Shown here: in pieces, positions 45,393-55,188 of the stretch
Position numbering within the stretch: the stretch's first letter is position 1
Layout: each line of letters opens with the position of its first letter
NCBI GenBank assembly: GCA_028285305.1
Contig: JANQPV010000022.1
Coordinates: forward strand, 137,322-201,321
Reading direction: 5' to 3'
From: Alphaproteobacteria bacterium
Lineage (GTDB): Bacteria > Pseudomonadota > Alphaproteobacteria > SMXP01
DNA length: 64,000 nucleotides
Translations under genes and position numbers: made by a program
The notes under the pieces: generated by a model
Told to the model about the DNA's origin: nothing
What the model saw: only the letters and a program-made list of their open reading frames with translations
The model's database searches: none

Positions 45393-46424
45393 TTAGTTCA
45401 CTCCGGCCCGCAAACAATCGTGCAGATGGATAATCCCTTTCGGTTTTCGGGGGGCGTCGGGACTTTGCTGCTCTTCATTGATCACGAACAACATCGTGAT
45501 GTTGGAGTTGTTCATGAACCCAACCGCTTCGGCGACCAATGCCGTTTGGCGGATTGTCTTCGGATTTGGCGTCATCACGTCAGATGCGGTTTTGTCGCTC
45601 ACATCAGAGTCGATGTGGCGCCTCAAATCGCCATCAGTAAATATGCCCATCAATCGACCGCTCTCGTCAAGGACGCCCACGCATCCCAACCTCTTTGATG
45701 TCATTTCCAGGATCATGTCGCGCATACTGGTGTCGGCGCGCACCAAGGGCATTTCGGCACCGGAATGCATAATGTCTTGCACACGAAGCAACGATTTTCC
45801 AAGTTGACCGCCCGGATGCAACACCCGGTAGTCATCACTTGTGAATCCTTTTCGCGCCATGAGAGCAACCGCAAGGGCATCGCCCAGAGCCAACGTCATC
45901 GTCGACGATGTGGTTGGGGCGAGGCCCATGGGGCATGCTTCCGGGGCTTGGGGTAACAGCAATTTCACGTCGGCGGCACGCATAAGTGCGCTGTCCGCTT
46001 TTGCGCACATGGCAATCAGTGGAATGTTGTATCGTTTTGCATGGGCGGTGAGGGCAGCCAGCTCTTGGCTTTCGCCTGAATTTGAAATCATCAAAACGGC
46101 GTCATCCCTAGTGATCATTCCCAAGTCGCCATGGGATGCCTCGCCTGAATGAACAAATTGCGCGGGCGTGCCCGTAGATGAAAGCGTGGATGCGATTTTG
46201 ACCCCGATTTGACCGCTCTTGCCAACGCCGCTGACAATTACTCGGCCGCGGACCCGGGCCAATTTGTCCACAGCGGAGATGAAGTCTCCGTTGAGTGAGG
46301 CGTCCAATTCCCTTAGGCCCTCGATTTCTGTCTCAATGACCGCTTTCGCGGTCGCAAGATCGTCGGAAATTGGGGTTGTCCTCGCCGATTTGGTTGCAGT
46401 CGCACGGTTTGATTTTTTGGCCAT
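45393..46424 (-). CDS. kdsD: arabinose-5-phosphate isomerase (KpsF/GutQ family, SIS + CBS)
   Basis: GVGKSG, STGTPA, EASHGDLG, APTTSST, HPGGQLG, CBS pair. Confidence 0.93.
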   Translation of the reverse strand: MAKKSNRATATKSARTTPISDDLATAKAVIETEIEGLRELDASLNGDFISAVDKLARVRGRVIVSGVGKSGQIGVKIASTLSSTGTPAQFVHSGEASHGDLGMITRDDAVLMISNSGESQELAALTAHAKRYNIPLIAMCAKADSALMRAADVKLLLPQAPEACPMGLAPTTSSTMTLALGDALAVALMARKGFTSDDYRVLHPGGQLGKSLLRVQDIMHSGAEMPLVRADTSMRDMILEMTSKRLGCVGVLDESGRLMGIFTDGDLRRHIDSDVSDKTASDVMTPNPKTIRQTALVAEAVGFMNNSNITMLFVINEEQQSPDAPRKPKGIIHLHDCLRAGVN

Positions 46425-46625
46425 ACTTTGTTGCCGCTTTATGTTCCCGCGAACAAATTCGAATTTGACTACAATGCCATCAATTTCGGCGTTGGAAAAG
46501 GGCGCCGCCCGGCGAACGCACCAAGAGTTTTAGCTAAGATTTTCGAGCCAATTGTGGCAAAGATCGCGGTCCGGTCTTGATCTGCTCTCACAATAGCGAG
46601 CCGAGCCGACGTAATCCTTAATGCG

Positions 46626-47237
46626 TTACGCGTGCGCAAATATATCTTCTTCCCAGCCGGCAATATCAAGGGCGGCTCGGGTCGGTAGAAACGAAAACAC
46701 TTCGTGCGCAAGTTCCAGTCGGTTTTCTCGAATCAACATAGCTTCCAGTTTGTCCTTCAGCTTGTGCAAGTGGAGAACATCTGATGCGGCGTAGGCCAAC
46801 TGAGCTTCCGACAATTCGCTTGCGGCCCAGTCTGAACTTTGCTGTTGTTTGCTCAAGTCCACATTTAACAGCTCTTTGCAGATGTCCTTGAGTCCGTGTC
46901 GGTCTGTGTACGTGCGAACAAGCTTGGATGCGATTTTCGTACAGAACACGGGCCGCGTCTCGATGCCGAGATAGATCTTCAGAACTGCAATGTCGAAGCG
47001 GGCGAAGTGAAAGATTTTGGTTCGTTCCGCATCGGCGAGTTGAGCCTTTAGATTTGGGCACGGGTAGTCGGGCCGGGACATCTGAACGACGTGGGCATCG
47101 CCGTCGCCCGCCGAAACCTGGACAACGCAGAGGGCATCGCGGTGAAGCCTCAGTCCCAACGTTTCCGTGTCCACCGCGACGACAGGACCCAAGTCAATAC
47201 CGTCCGGCAAATCACCGCGATGATGGTGTATAGTCAT
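46626..47237 (-). CDS. rnd: ribonuclease D-like 3'-5' exonuclease
   Basis: AVDTETLGL, FHFARFD, CTKIASKL.RTYTDRHGLK, SKQQQSSDW, YAASDV. Confidence 0.9.
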   Translation of the reverse strand: MTIHHHRGDLPDGIDLGPVVAVDTETLGLRLHRDALCVVQVSAGDGDAHVVQMSRPDYPCPNLKAQLADAERTKIFHFARFDIAVLKIYLGIETRPVFCTKIASKLVRTYTDRHGLKDICKELLNVDLSKQQQSSDWAASELSEAQLAYAASDVLHLHKLKDKLEAMLIRENRLELAHEVFSFLPTRAALDIAGWEEDIFAHA

Positions 47238-47277
47238 TCGAATTGACCCACTGTTGTGCCTTGGGGGAAATGTGAGA

Positions 47278-47364
47278 TGGTGCCCAGGAGAAGACTCGAA
47301 CTTCCACGCCTATACAGGCACTAGCACCTGAAGCTAGCGCGTCTACCAATTCCGCCACCTGGGC
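47278..47364 (-). tRNA. tRNA-Leu (anticodon CAG)
   Basis: Reverse complement GCCCAGGTGGCGGAATTGGTAGACGCGCTAGCTTCAGGTGCTAGTGCCTGTATAGGCGTGGAAGTTCGAGTCTTCTCCTGGGCACCA: cloverleaf with long variable arm and encoded CCA. Confidence 0.97.
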
Positions 47365-47515
47365 AAGAGGGAAATGCCTACTCTCGAGCCGGTTCAAAGT
47401 CAACGCGGCAGCTCGCATGGTTCATTCAGCTATGGCAATACAGCACAGGCTTGTTTCCTTTAACAAAGGGTTTCTTACATGTAGGTATCATTGAGTTTGA
47501 TACGCGGAGGAAAAT

Positions 47516-48478
47516 ATGTCGGCACGCCTGGTTACGGTTTTCGGAAGTGACGGATTTATCGGGCGCTATGTAGTTCGGGCGCTTGCGCGCTCAGGGTTCC
47601 GCATCCGTGCTGTCACGCGTAAGCCACATACGGCCGGTTTCTTGCGCCCTCTGGGAGCGGTTGGCCAAATTCAGATCGAAAAAGGCGATGTGAAAGTTTC
47701 GGATAGTGTCCGCCGTTTGGTGGCTGGTTCGGACGCGGTGGTCAATCTTGTCGGTATCCTGCACAATTCGGGATCGCAGACGTTTCGGTCCATTCATGAA
47801 GAGGCGCCCCATCGCATTGCTCAGGCGTGTGCGGAACATGGGGTCCGTTCCTTTGTCCAGATTTCGGCGATCGGTGCGAGCGAAGAGTCGAGTTCAGCGT
47901 ATGCCCGCTCCAAAGCCAGGGGTGAACAATTGGCTTGGGAGGCGTTGCCTTCCACTGTGGCTGTCCGGCCTTCTCTTGTGTTCGGATCCGAGGACGGTTT
48001 CTTCAATCGCTTCGCGGGGCTTGCTCAGATCAGCCCGGCTCTTCCGCTGATTGGCGGAGGGAAGAATTTGGTTCAACCGGTTTACGTTGGTGACTTGGCG
48101 AGTGCCGTTGATCGCATTTTGAATCAAGATGCATCAGGCCCCCGGATCTTTGAGATCGGTGGCCCAACCATTTATTCGTTCAAAGAAGTCATGGAGCTGG
48201 TCCTGGAATATAGCGAACGCGAACGTTTGCTTGTCCCCATCCCTTATAACATCGCGAAAGCCTTGGGCGCGGTTCTTGGTGTGCTTCCGAACCCCCAGCT
48301 GACGATGGATCAGGTAGAGCTCTTGAAGGCCGACAACGTGGTTCGTTCGGACGGTTCGGTTGGGACACTGAACGATTTGAATATTCTGCCGCGATCAGTG
48401 GAACAGATTGTTCCCACATATCTGTATCGCTTCCGGAAACACGGTCAATACGACGACGAGCCTGTGGCTGAGAGCTAG
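47516..48478 (+). CDS. complex I NDUFA9 subunit family (NAD-dependent epimerase-like) protein
   Basis: VTVFGSDGFIGRYVV, VVNLVGIL, SAIGA, YARSKA.GE, RPSLVFGSED.FFNRFA, QPVYVGD. Confidence 0.9.
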   Translation: MSARLVTVFGSDGFIGRYVVRALARSGFRIRAVTRKPHTAGFLRPLGAVGQIQIEKGDVKVSDSVRRLVAGSDAVVNLVGILHNSGSQTFRSIHEEAPHRIAQACAEHGVRSFVQISAIGASEESSSAYARSKARGEQLAWEALPSTVAVRPSLVFGSEDGFFNRFAGLAQISPALPLIGGGKNLVQPVYVGDLASAVDRILNQDASGPRIFEIGGPTIYSFKEVMELVLEYSERERLLVPIPYNIAKALGAVLGVLPNPQLTMDQVELLKADNVVRSDGSVGTLNDLNILPRSVEQIVPTYLYRFRKHGQYDDEPVAES

Positions 48479-48617
48479 TTTGTTCGCGGTATAACTTGTG
48501 TCCTGAGGACACGGGTTCTGTTCCATCCCTTGACTTTAAAAGAACTGGCGTCTGGCGATTGCGCACAGTGCTTGTGCACGCAATGGGGTCTGGCTCGCGC
48601 AAAATCATCGCGATTTT

Positions 48618-48652
48618 TATCCGGGTAATATTGACTTAATTCTATCCGGGTA
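48618..48652. promoter_or_regulatory. two near-palindromic TATCCGGGTA boxes overlapping the DUF2239 promoter
   Basis: Identical 10-mers at 48618 and 48643 flanking TTGACT (48631) and adjoining an AT-rich -10-like element. Confidence 0.65.
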
Positions 48653-48682
48653 TAAATATGCTGTTCTAAAGGAGGATCAGTT

Positions 48683-49279
48683 ATGACCGGTTTCGCGGAA
48701 AAGTCCGTAGTGGCGTTTGACGGAGACACATTGATCGCATCGGGGCCGCTGGTTTCCATAGTCCGGGCGGTCAAGGAAGCGGCCGATGAGGGCGGCACCA
48801 TCTTGATCTTCGACAAAGAAGATAGCCGGCCGGTCGAAGTGGACTTGCGCGGCGGGCTGGAGGATGTGTTGGACCGGCTTGGAAACAAGGAAGTTCCAGA
48901 CTCTCCCCCGCCAAAGGGTCGAGGCCGGCCCAAGCTAGGGGTTGTCGGCAGGGAGGTTACGCTCTTACCGAGGCACTGGGAGTGGCTTTCGAAGCAGCCT
49001 GGCGGCGCATCTGTAGCGCTGCGCAAATTGGTCGAAGACGCCAGACGTACGCAGTCTCCGGAACAGCGTGCGCGCCAAGCCAAAGATGCCGTCTACAGAT
49101 TTATGCTCGCTATTGCAGGGGACTTTCCCGGCTACGAGGAAGCATTGCGTGCACTCTTCGCCGACCATCGCGAAAAATTCAATCGGGAGATCGAGGATTG
49201 GCCGCATGACATTCGCGGTCACGTGGAAGCGCTCGCGGCAAACGCGTTTGTGGTAACTAAAAGGGAGCGGCGCTCTTAA
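48683..49279 (+). CDS. DUF2239 family protein
   Basis: GRGRPKLGVVGREVTLLPRHWEWLSKQPGGASVALRKLVEDAR, YRFM.AIAGDFPGYEEALRALFA. Confidence 0.85.
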   Translation: MTGFAEKSVVAFDGDTLIASGPLVSIVRAVKEAADEGGTILIFDKEDSRPVEVDLRGGLEDVLDRLGNKEVPDSPPPKGRGRPKLGVVGREVTLLPRHWEWLSKQPGGASVALRKLVEDARRTQSPEQRARQAKDAVYRFMLAIAGDFPGYEEALRALFADHREKFNREIEDWPHDIRGHVEALAANAFVVTKRERRS

Positions 49280-49323
49280 CGGTTTCGCCGCCTACGAACA
49301 CCGGCCGATCCTTTTGACCACCG

Positions 49324-50178
49324 CTACTGGGCTGGTTTGCGGAATCTGAGAGTAAACCGGTCGCTCTCACCAATCGCGATGTAGGACGATTGATCGAAGT
49401 CGGGGTTTGGATCTTCGCCTCTGGGAGCGCTGCGCAATGTAGGCGGCAATGTCCAAACACCGAAGGGATGATCAGCCGTGTCCTTGGGGTTGTTATTAAC
49501 ATCCGATGCAGCTTCGAAGACGAAGCCAACACTTTCGATCAGTTTGATCGTGTCGTCTTCGTGCAGGTATCCGGACGAGACTTCATCGTCTTGAGCGATG
49601 GATTTGGGAAGTCTGTGATCAACAACGCCTAAAACCCCGCCGGGCTTTAGGGCCACATACATATCAGTCAGAGCTTTTTCGGCGTATCCACCCGGAACCA
49701 TATTGTGGACATTGCGAAAGGTAACGACCAGGTCCGCGCTCCCTGCCGGAGCGATCGTCTCGCCCTCTAGGGCAGGGAAAACCGTATTGTTCACTGCGCC
49801 GTAGATTTCCGGCTGGTCGATGAACGTTTCTTTGAAGTTCTTAAGGGCAGCTGCAACGAAGGAACGGTCGCTGTTCGGATCAAAATTGGCTGAATAATAG
49901 GTTCCGCCAGTTTGGTTCACGTAAGGAGCGAGGATCTTTGTATACCAGCCGCGCCCGGGCCAAATTTCAACGACCGTTGCTCCAGGCTCAAGGCCGAAGA
50001 ATGCCAATGTCTCCTGAGGATTGCGAAACTCATCGCGAGCGCGTTCTTCTTCGGAACGCCAATCGCCTGCCAGGATTTCGCTTAGGTCTAGTGCGGGCTC
50101 CTCGGCCAGCGCTCCATTCATTACCGGTTGGACCAAAATTCCAATCAGCATCAACAAACTCAGCCGAGACAGCTTCAT
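49324..50178 (-). CDS. secreted class I SAM-dependent methyltransferase (COG4798-like)
   Basis: Signal peptide; RD.FRNP.ETL.FFG, VEIWPG.GWYT, TFRNVHN, LKPGG.LGVVDHR, GVWTLPP, IGESDRFTLRFRKP. Confidence 0.85.
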   Translation of the reverse strand: MKLSRLSLLMLIGILVQPVMNGALAEEPALDLSEILAGDWRSEEERARDEFRNPQETLAFFGLEPGATVVEIWPGRGWYTKILAPYVNQTGGTYYSANFDPNSDRSFVAAALKNFKETFIDQPEIYGAVNNTVFPALEGETIAPAGSADLVVTFRNVHNMVPGGYAEKALTDMYVALKPGGVLGVVDHRLPKSIAQDDEVSSGYLHEDDTIKLIESVGFVFEAASDVNNNPKDTADHPFGVWTLPPTLRSAPRGEDPNPDFDQSSYIAIGESDRFTLRFRKPAQ

Positions 50179-50281
50179 CTTTCGTCCTCTCAATACTTAC
50201 TTTTATGGCCTTACCTAGAACGGGCAGATATCGCGGTGCAAGCGTGTTCACTCTTTCTTGAACGTGCTTTTCGTCCTTGTT

Positions 50282-51532
50282 TTAGGTGGCCGTTCCCTGA
50301 TTGACTTGGGGGGCTTTGACCGCAGCCTTTACCACCGGGATGTCGCTATCTGCCAGAGGCTGCATTTTGGTCTTTCTATTCAGCGCTGCCGTTACGTAGG
50401 GCGTTAACTCCTCGGCCTTCGCTTGCTCCCGGGGATCGACACCCAATTTAAACTCAGGCAGTACCTTGTCCGCAAAGAGATTCAGGGACCGGCAGATCTC
50501 CGCGTGACTGTTTCGTCCCGCCTGCTGCAAGAGGATGATCTGGTCCACGCCGGCTTCTTGAAAGTCATGAATGTGGGCGCGGAAATCATCCGGCGTGCCG
50601 ATTCCCGGCGCGTGGCCCCCGTCAGTGCCGATTTCAGCGGCTTCGATCAACTCTTCTGTGCGGTTGCCGCGCATCTTTTGAAAGTCCCCCCACATATCGG
50701 TTCGACCGGGAACAACGTCGGTGGTGACCATTGTCGCCAAGGCATAGCCAAAGAACTCGAACCCTTCTTGACCTCTGCGGATGGCTTCGGACCGGTCTTC
50801 ATGAAGCGAGAAGGCCGACACCATTGCAATGTTCGCATTTACGCTATGTCCAATTGGTACGCATGCATCGCTTTTGATTATGTCGTAATAGATATCACTC
50901 CAGGTTTTTGCCTCATCGGGATCAACGAACGAGAACGCAAGGGCGCCGACACCCAGACTTGCCGCGACTTTGATCGTGTCACGATTGGTGCAGGCCATCC
51001 ACATGGGCGGATGGGGCTTTTGTAACGGTTTCGGCAGCACGTTGCGGCAGGGAAAGGAAAAGTGTTCGCCGTCGTATCCGGGATAAGGGTCCATGACCAT
51101 CATGTTGGCGATTTGCTCGGCTGCTTCGAGGCACATGGCGCGCTTCTTTTTGGCTTCAATGCCGAAACCGTGCAGTTCGAGCCGGGTGGCGCCCTCACCA
51201 ATCCCAAACTGTGCCCGGCCATTGGATATCAAATCCAATGCGGCCAGTGTCTCCGCGGTTCGCGCCGGATGATTATAGTTCGGAATAACCTGACGAATGC
51301 CGTGGCCGACCTTGATGTTTTTCGTTCGGGCTGCGGCCGCTGACAGGAACACCTCCGGGGCCGAGCAGTGGGAATACTCATCCAGGAAATGATGTTCCAC
51401 CGCCCAGGCGTAGTCGATGCCCAACCGATCCGCGAGCACGATTTGATCGAGGGCCTCGTTGTACAGTTTATGTTCGTCCATCTCGTCCCACGGTTTAGGA
51501 AGCTGAAGCTCGTAAAAAACGCCAAATCTCAT
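50282..51532 (-). CDS. LLM-class flavin-dependent oxidoreductase (luciferase-like)
   Basis: MRFGVFYELQLPKPW, WAVEHHFL.EYSH, HPARTAE..A.LDLISNGR, PKPLQKPHPP; GAGGA RBS before ATG 51532. Confidence 0.9.
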   Translation of the reverse strand: MRFGVFYELQLPKPWDEMDEHKLYNEALDQIVLADRLGIDYAWAVEHHFLDEYSHCSAPEVFLSAAAARTKNIKVGHGIRQVIPNYNHPARTAETLAALDLISNGRAQFGIGEGATRLELHGFGIEAKKKRAMCLEAAEQIANMMVMDPYPGYDGEHFSFPCRNVLPKPLQKPHPPMWMACTNRDTIKVAASLGVGALAFSFVDPDEAKTWSDIYYDIIKSDACVPIGHSVNANIAMVSAFSLHEDRSEAIRRGQEGFEFFGYALATMVTTDVVPGRTDMWGDFQKMRGNRTEELIEAAEIGTDGGHAPGIGTPDDFRAHIHDFQEAGVDQIILLQQAGRNSHAEICRSLNLFADKVLPEFKLGVDPREQAKAEELTPYVTAALNRKTKMQPLADSDIPVVKAAVKAPQVNQGTAT

Positions 51533-52097
51533 GGGGCTCGTCCTCTTTTTATGGTCTCGATCTCGCAGGGGCTGGCAGGTCGTTCTGATCGTCTGCTCCC
51601 GTTCCCTGAGGATTCCCTTTACCACATCTGTCAGAGAGTGGAACCCGATACGGCCTGGTCCATTCCCGTCCCAATTTGAGACGTTGGCTAACCTATTTGG
51701 GAGACTATTCGATTTGCTCCTTCTACTGATTGAATGTGTGGGTTTCGTTTGGCGACGAGACTGCTTGTCCTTTATTGGCACATGTTTGAAAGCATTAACG
51801 CGGTAGGGCATTAAGGTTTTCAAAAGTTAATTTAACCATCTCTGTACGGAATCACATGCGTTCGCCGCCTCTGAACGTAGCACCAAAGCAACAGTCCGTA
51901 CCGTTATAATCAGTTAACTATCTTTGCTTCTTTAATCAGAGGCGTATTCCAATATTTTCTGCCCATGCCGTTCGCGGGGTCCGTTCTTTCAAGGGTCATC
52001 GCTAGCGGTCGCCTCAGCTTCCAGATGGGGGCCGGCCAATAACAATAATGAGCGCAAAGCGCCGATAAGGCAGCGGAGACTGCCGCGGGGTATAAAA

Positions 52098-55049
52098 ATG
52101 ATAATAAAGTCCACCGCACTCGAGTCTGAGACTCAAACTGATTCATTGACCGCAAAATCGACGGCGAAGGGTTCCGGAATACGGAGAACCGCGAAGCGGC
52201 TTCTTGCAACGACAGCGACGTGCGCTCTTATTTCCGCGGCCACAATGATGGGGTCGGGTACGGCGTTTGCGGAGTGTCCTACTGACAGTGATGAGGCGAT
52301 CCTCGATTTTTGTTTCGAAGACCAGGCAATCAGCATTCTTCCTTCTGGTGGGCGTCCCCCGGTGATCGTGAAGGTCGACATTCCGATCTTACATGACACG
52401 CCACAATTGCTCGGGCCGAATACGGTTTCGCCTTCCCTCGCCAATTTGGGCTTCATCTACATGGAACGCGCACATGTTCCTTCGGGACCGTCTGTTCCCA
52501 GCCTGAACAATCTGACAAGTTTGGGTCCGAACGCTTCGGTATCGGGGAAAGTCTATTCCCGCGCGACGGTTGGAACACTGCTTCCTCCCCATGGGGGCAC
52601 AGTCATCTTTGGCGCTGACGCCGGCATATTGAGCGATGGCGAGATTCTGGATGCGGATGCCGGTGCTGTGAAATTGCCCCCCGTTCCCTCATTTGGGGTT
52701 GGCTTTGATGCAGGATATGATGTTCACGCCCAAGCCGGGTTGGGTATTTTCGGTGATGACGTTTATGTGAAGAGTTCAGGGTCCATTTCCTTACGGGCGC
52801 CTGTCTCGCTCGCGAAGCTGCCGGGTGTTTATTTCTTCCCGTTCAATGCAGCGCCTGGACCCAACGGAGTGCCGCAAGGCATATATGTTCCGATTGTGAA
52901 CGGCGATCTCACGCCTCTCAAACAACTCATGGCAAACGCGGCGGGCGGCATCATTAGCTCGAGCCCCACATTGGCGAGCGGCGCCACGCTGCAAGAAATC
53001 ATTGCCAATATGGTTCAAGCAAATGGTGGACAGCTCCCTGCTTCTCCACTTTCACAACACCCGCTGGCCAACGTTGTACCTGCGGCCGTGTTGCAGCGAC
53101 TCATCGGCCTTGTTCCGGACAGCATTCCAGGCCCGCACCCCTTTATTGGTCTGTCCGGTCCCGATTCTTCCGGTGACTTGAACTTGGGAATTTTTGTACC
53201 GGGCGAGCCTTCCTTAAACCCGACTCCCGGGATCGGTGTGCATTTCGACATTGACGATATGTCGCTCAGTGCACGCAACGATTGGAGTGTCGGGGTCAAC
53301 GGTCAAGATCTTTATAGCGGCTGGAACTATCTTGGAGGCCCGCTGAACGAAAACATCATTGTGCCTGCGGGGGCCCGTTTGGGTGGTCACGGCGTCATTG
53401 CCGGTTCGACTATAGTACAAGCCGGTGGTGCGATTGCACCGGGCATTCACGGTGTTGGCGTGTTGTCGGCTGAGAGCTTCTTGTTTGAGACTGGATCGGT
53501 CCTCCAAGTGGACGTCGATCCTGTTCAAAATCTTGCGGATGCAGTTGTGGCCGCAACCACCGTAACCATTCAGCCGGGTGTGACGCTCGACTTGAACGTG
53601 ATCAATCCCCAGTTTCTGCAAGATCAACAGCAGTTCGTCATCGCCTCCGCGCCGGTGGTTTCCCTGGAGGAGCCCCTGTTTGTCCAAGGCGTGCCCACCG
53701 GCTTTGATTTTGTCGCCGGCGTGACGCCAGACAGCAGTCTTCTTCTCATTCAGTTCATGTCGCAGTTCTTGAATTTCACTCAAATTGCGGGTTTGACGGA
53801 AAATCAGTTGCAGGTTGCCCAAGTTCTGGAAAACCTCCAACTCCTGAATGGAACGGCGGCTAACGTGAATCCGCTTGTGGACATGATTGAGACCTTACCG
53901 GCTAATCAGCAGGCCGGAGCACTCGACAGTTTGTCTGGTGAAGGCCTGGTCAATATTCCCGAAGCGGCGATTGCGGACTCAAGCAGTTTCCTTGGTATCT
54001 TGAGTTCGCGGTTCGGTTTGGTTCACGACGGCGGATTTCTTGTCGGTTCGCGTGGTGGCAACACTGCTGAGAGAAGTTTTGCCGATATCAGCGCGGGAAT
54101 GCGACCTCTGGGATCGAGTCAATATTCAGCATCGATTGCGGACAAAATCTTTGGCACGTATGGTGGGGCCCCTCTCATTGCTGCAGCATCCAGTATTTCA
54201 AGAGACATTCATGGTCCGGATGGTTATGCCGCATGGATCGAGGGGTACGCGGTCCAAGGCAACCTCGAAGCTCGAGATGCCGGATCTGCAGATACTGACT
54301 ATTCCGTTTACGGCATATCAGCGGGAGCAGATCATCTTTTCGAGGACATTGGTTTGTTGTTCGGTGCAGCGTTTAGTTACTCCTACAGTACCAGCGAGGT
54401 CGATGCGCGTTCCACCGAAGTTGACGGCAATACGTTCCGTGCATCGATTTATGGGGGCAAGGCGCTTGGCAGAGGCTATATCGCCGGTGCCATGTCGTAT
54501 GCACAAACTCAATTCGACAGTGAGCGGGCCATCACGTTTGCAGGAAGTGCGGCGGAAGCCCAGTTCGATGGAAACGAGTTTACCGCTTACATTGAGGGCG
54601 GCTACGCTTTCAATCCCGTGGGCGAGTTGATCTGGGAACCCGTTGCTTCCGCCCGAGCGACAAACTTCGAGTTTGACGGATACACGGAGGAAGGGGCTGG
54701 AACGGCGAATCTCACAGTTGCCAGCCGGACTGTCGAATCCATCGAGTTTTCTGTCGGTCAGCGGTTTCGCCATCCTGTCGAGATGCGCGGCGACGTGACA
54801 CTCGTACCGGAACTCAGAACTTTCTATAACTTTGAGACCAAAGATCTCGATCGATCCGTTGAAGCTACTCTTGGCGGTGCAACATTTTTGGTCACAGGTG
54901 CTGAGGCTCCCAATTCAACGGCGACCGTCGGGGTCGGGTTGAATGCGCACCTTGGTGACCGTCAACGCTTGTCTTTCGACTACGATGCCGAGCTTGCCAG
55001 CCGTTTAACGGAGCACACCCTTGCGGCGAGGTTCCGGTGGGCATTCTAA
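52098..55049 (+). CDS. autotransporter (type Va) with unrecognised passenger domain
   Basis: Long signal peptide ending AFA; linker LGGHGVIAG..V.AGG.IAPG; ALDSLSGE; C-terminal barrel (AWIEGY..., EGGYAF, YTEEGAG..NL.V, RFRWAF). Confidence 0.88.
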   Translation: MIIKSTALESETQTDSLTAKSTAKGSGIRRTAKRLLATTATCALISAATMMGSGTAFAECPTDSDEAILDFCFEDQAISILPSGGRPPVIVKVDIPILHDTPQLLGPNTVSPSLANLGFIYMERAHVPSGPSVPSLNNLTSLGPNASVSGKVYSRATVGTLLPPHGGTVIFGADAGILSDGEILDADAGAVKLPPVPSFGVGFDAGYDVHAQAGLGIFGDDVYVKSSGSISLRAPVSLAKLPGVYFFPFNAAPGPNGVPQGIYVPIVNGDLTPLKQLMANAAGGIISSSPTLASGATLQEIIANMVQANGGQLPASPLSQHPLANVVPAAVLQRLIGLVPDSIPGPHPFIGLSGPDSSGDLNLGIFVPGEPSLNPTPGIGVHFDIDDMSLSARNDWSVGVNGQDLYSGWNYLGGPLNENIIVPAGARLGGHGVIAGSTIVQAGGAIAPGIHGVGVLSAESFLFETGSVLQVDVDPVQNLADAVVAATTVTIQPGVTLDLNVINPQFLQDQQQFVIASAPVVSLEEPLFVQGVPTGFDFVAGVTPDSSLLLIQFMSQFLNFTQIAGLTENQLQVAQVLENLQLLNGTAANVNPLVDMIETLPANQQAGALDSLSGEGLVNIPEAAIADSSSFLGILSSRFGLVHDGGFLVGSRGGNTAERSFADISAGMRPLGSSQYSASIADKIFGTYGGAPLIAAASSISRDIHGPDGYAAWIEGYAVQGNLEARDAGSADTDYSVYGISAGADHLFEDIGLLFGAAFSYSYSTSEVDARSTEVDGNTFRASIYGGKALGRGYIAGAMSYAQTQFDSERAITFAGSAAEAQFDGNEFTAYIEGGYAFNPVGELIWEPVASARATNFEFDGYTEEGAGTANLTVASRTVESIEFSVGQRFRHPVEMRGDVTLVPELRTFYNFETKDLDRSVEATLGGATFLVTGAEAPNSTATVGVGLNAHLGDRQRLSFDYDAELASRLTEHTLAARFRWAF

Positions 55050-55188
55050 ATGTGGCCGGTTGGGGAGCAGAATCGCGTTGGGAGATCAATGGTACACATT
55101 AGTTGTGAGTAATGAATAGAATCTCGCAAATTGCGACAAATTCGGTTACATGGCCCTATTTGGTCAAGTATAGGTTCGAACAGATAAT

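Noticed and set aside
47278-47364. tRNA-Leu as an integration site or island boundary
   Set aside because: Flanked by housekeeping rnd and NDUFA9-like genes; no integrase or duplicated tRNA 3' end noticed in the window.
51750-51790. Possible sigma-54 promoters (TGGCGAC..CTGCT; TGGCAC..TTGA) upstream of the autotransporter
   Set aside because: The first matches only the minimal GG-N10-GC; the second has wrong spacing and lacks the -12 GC.
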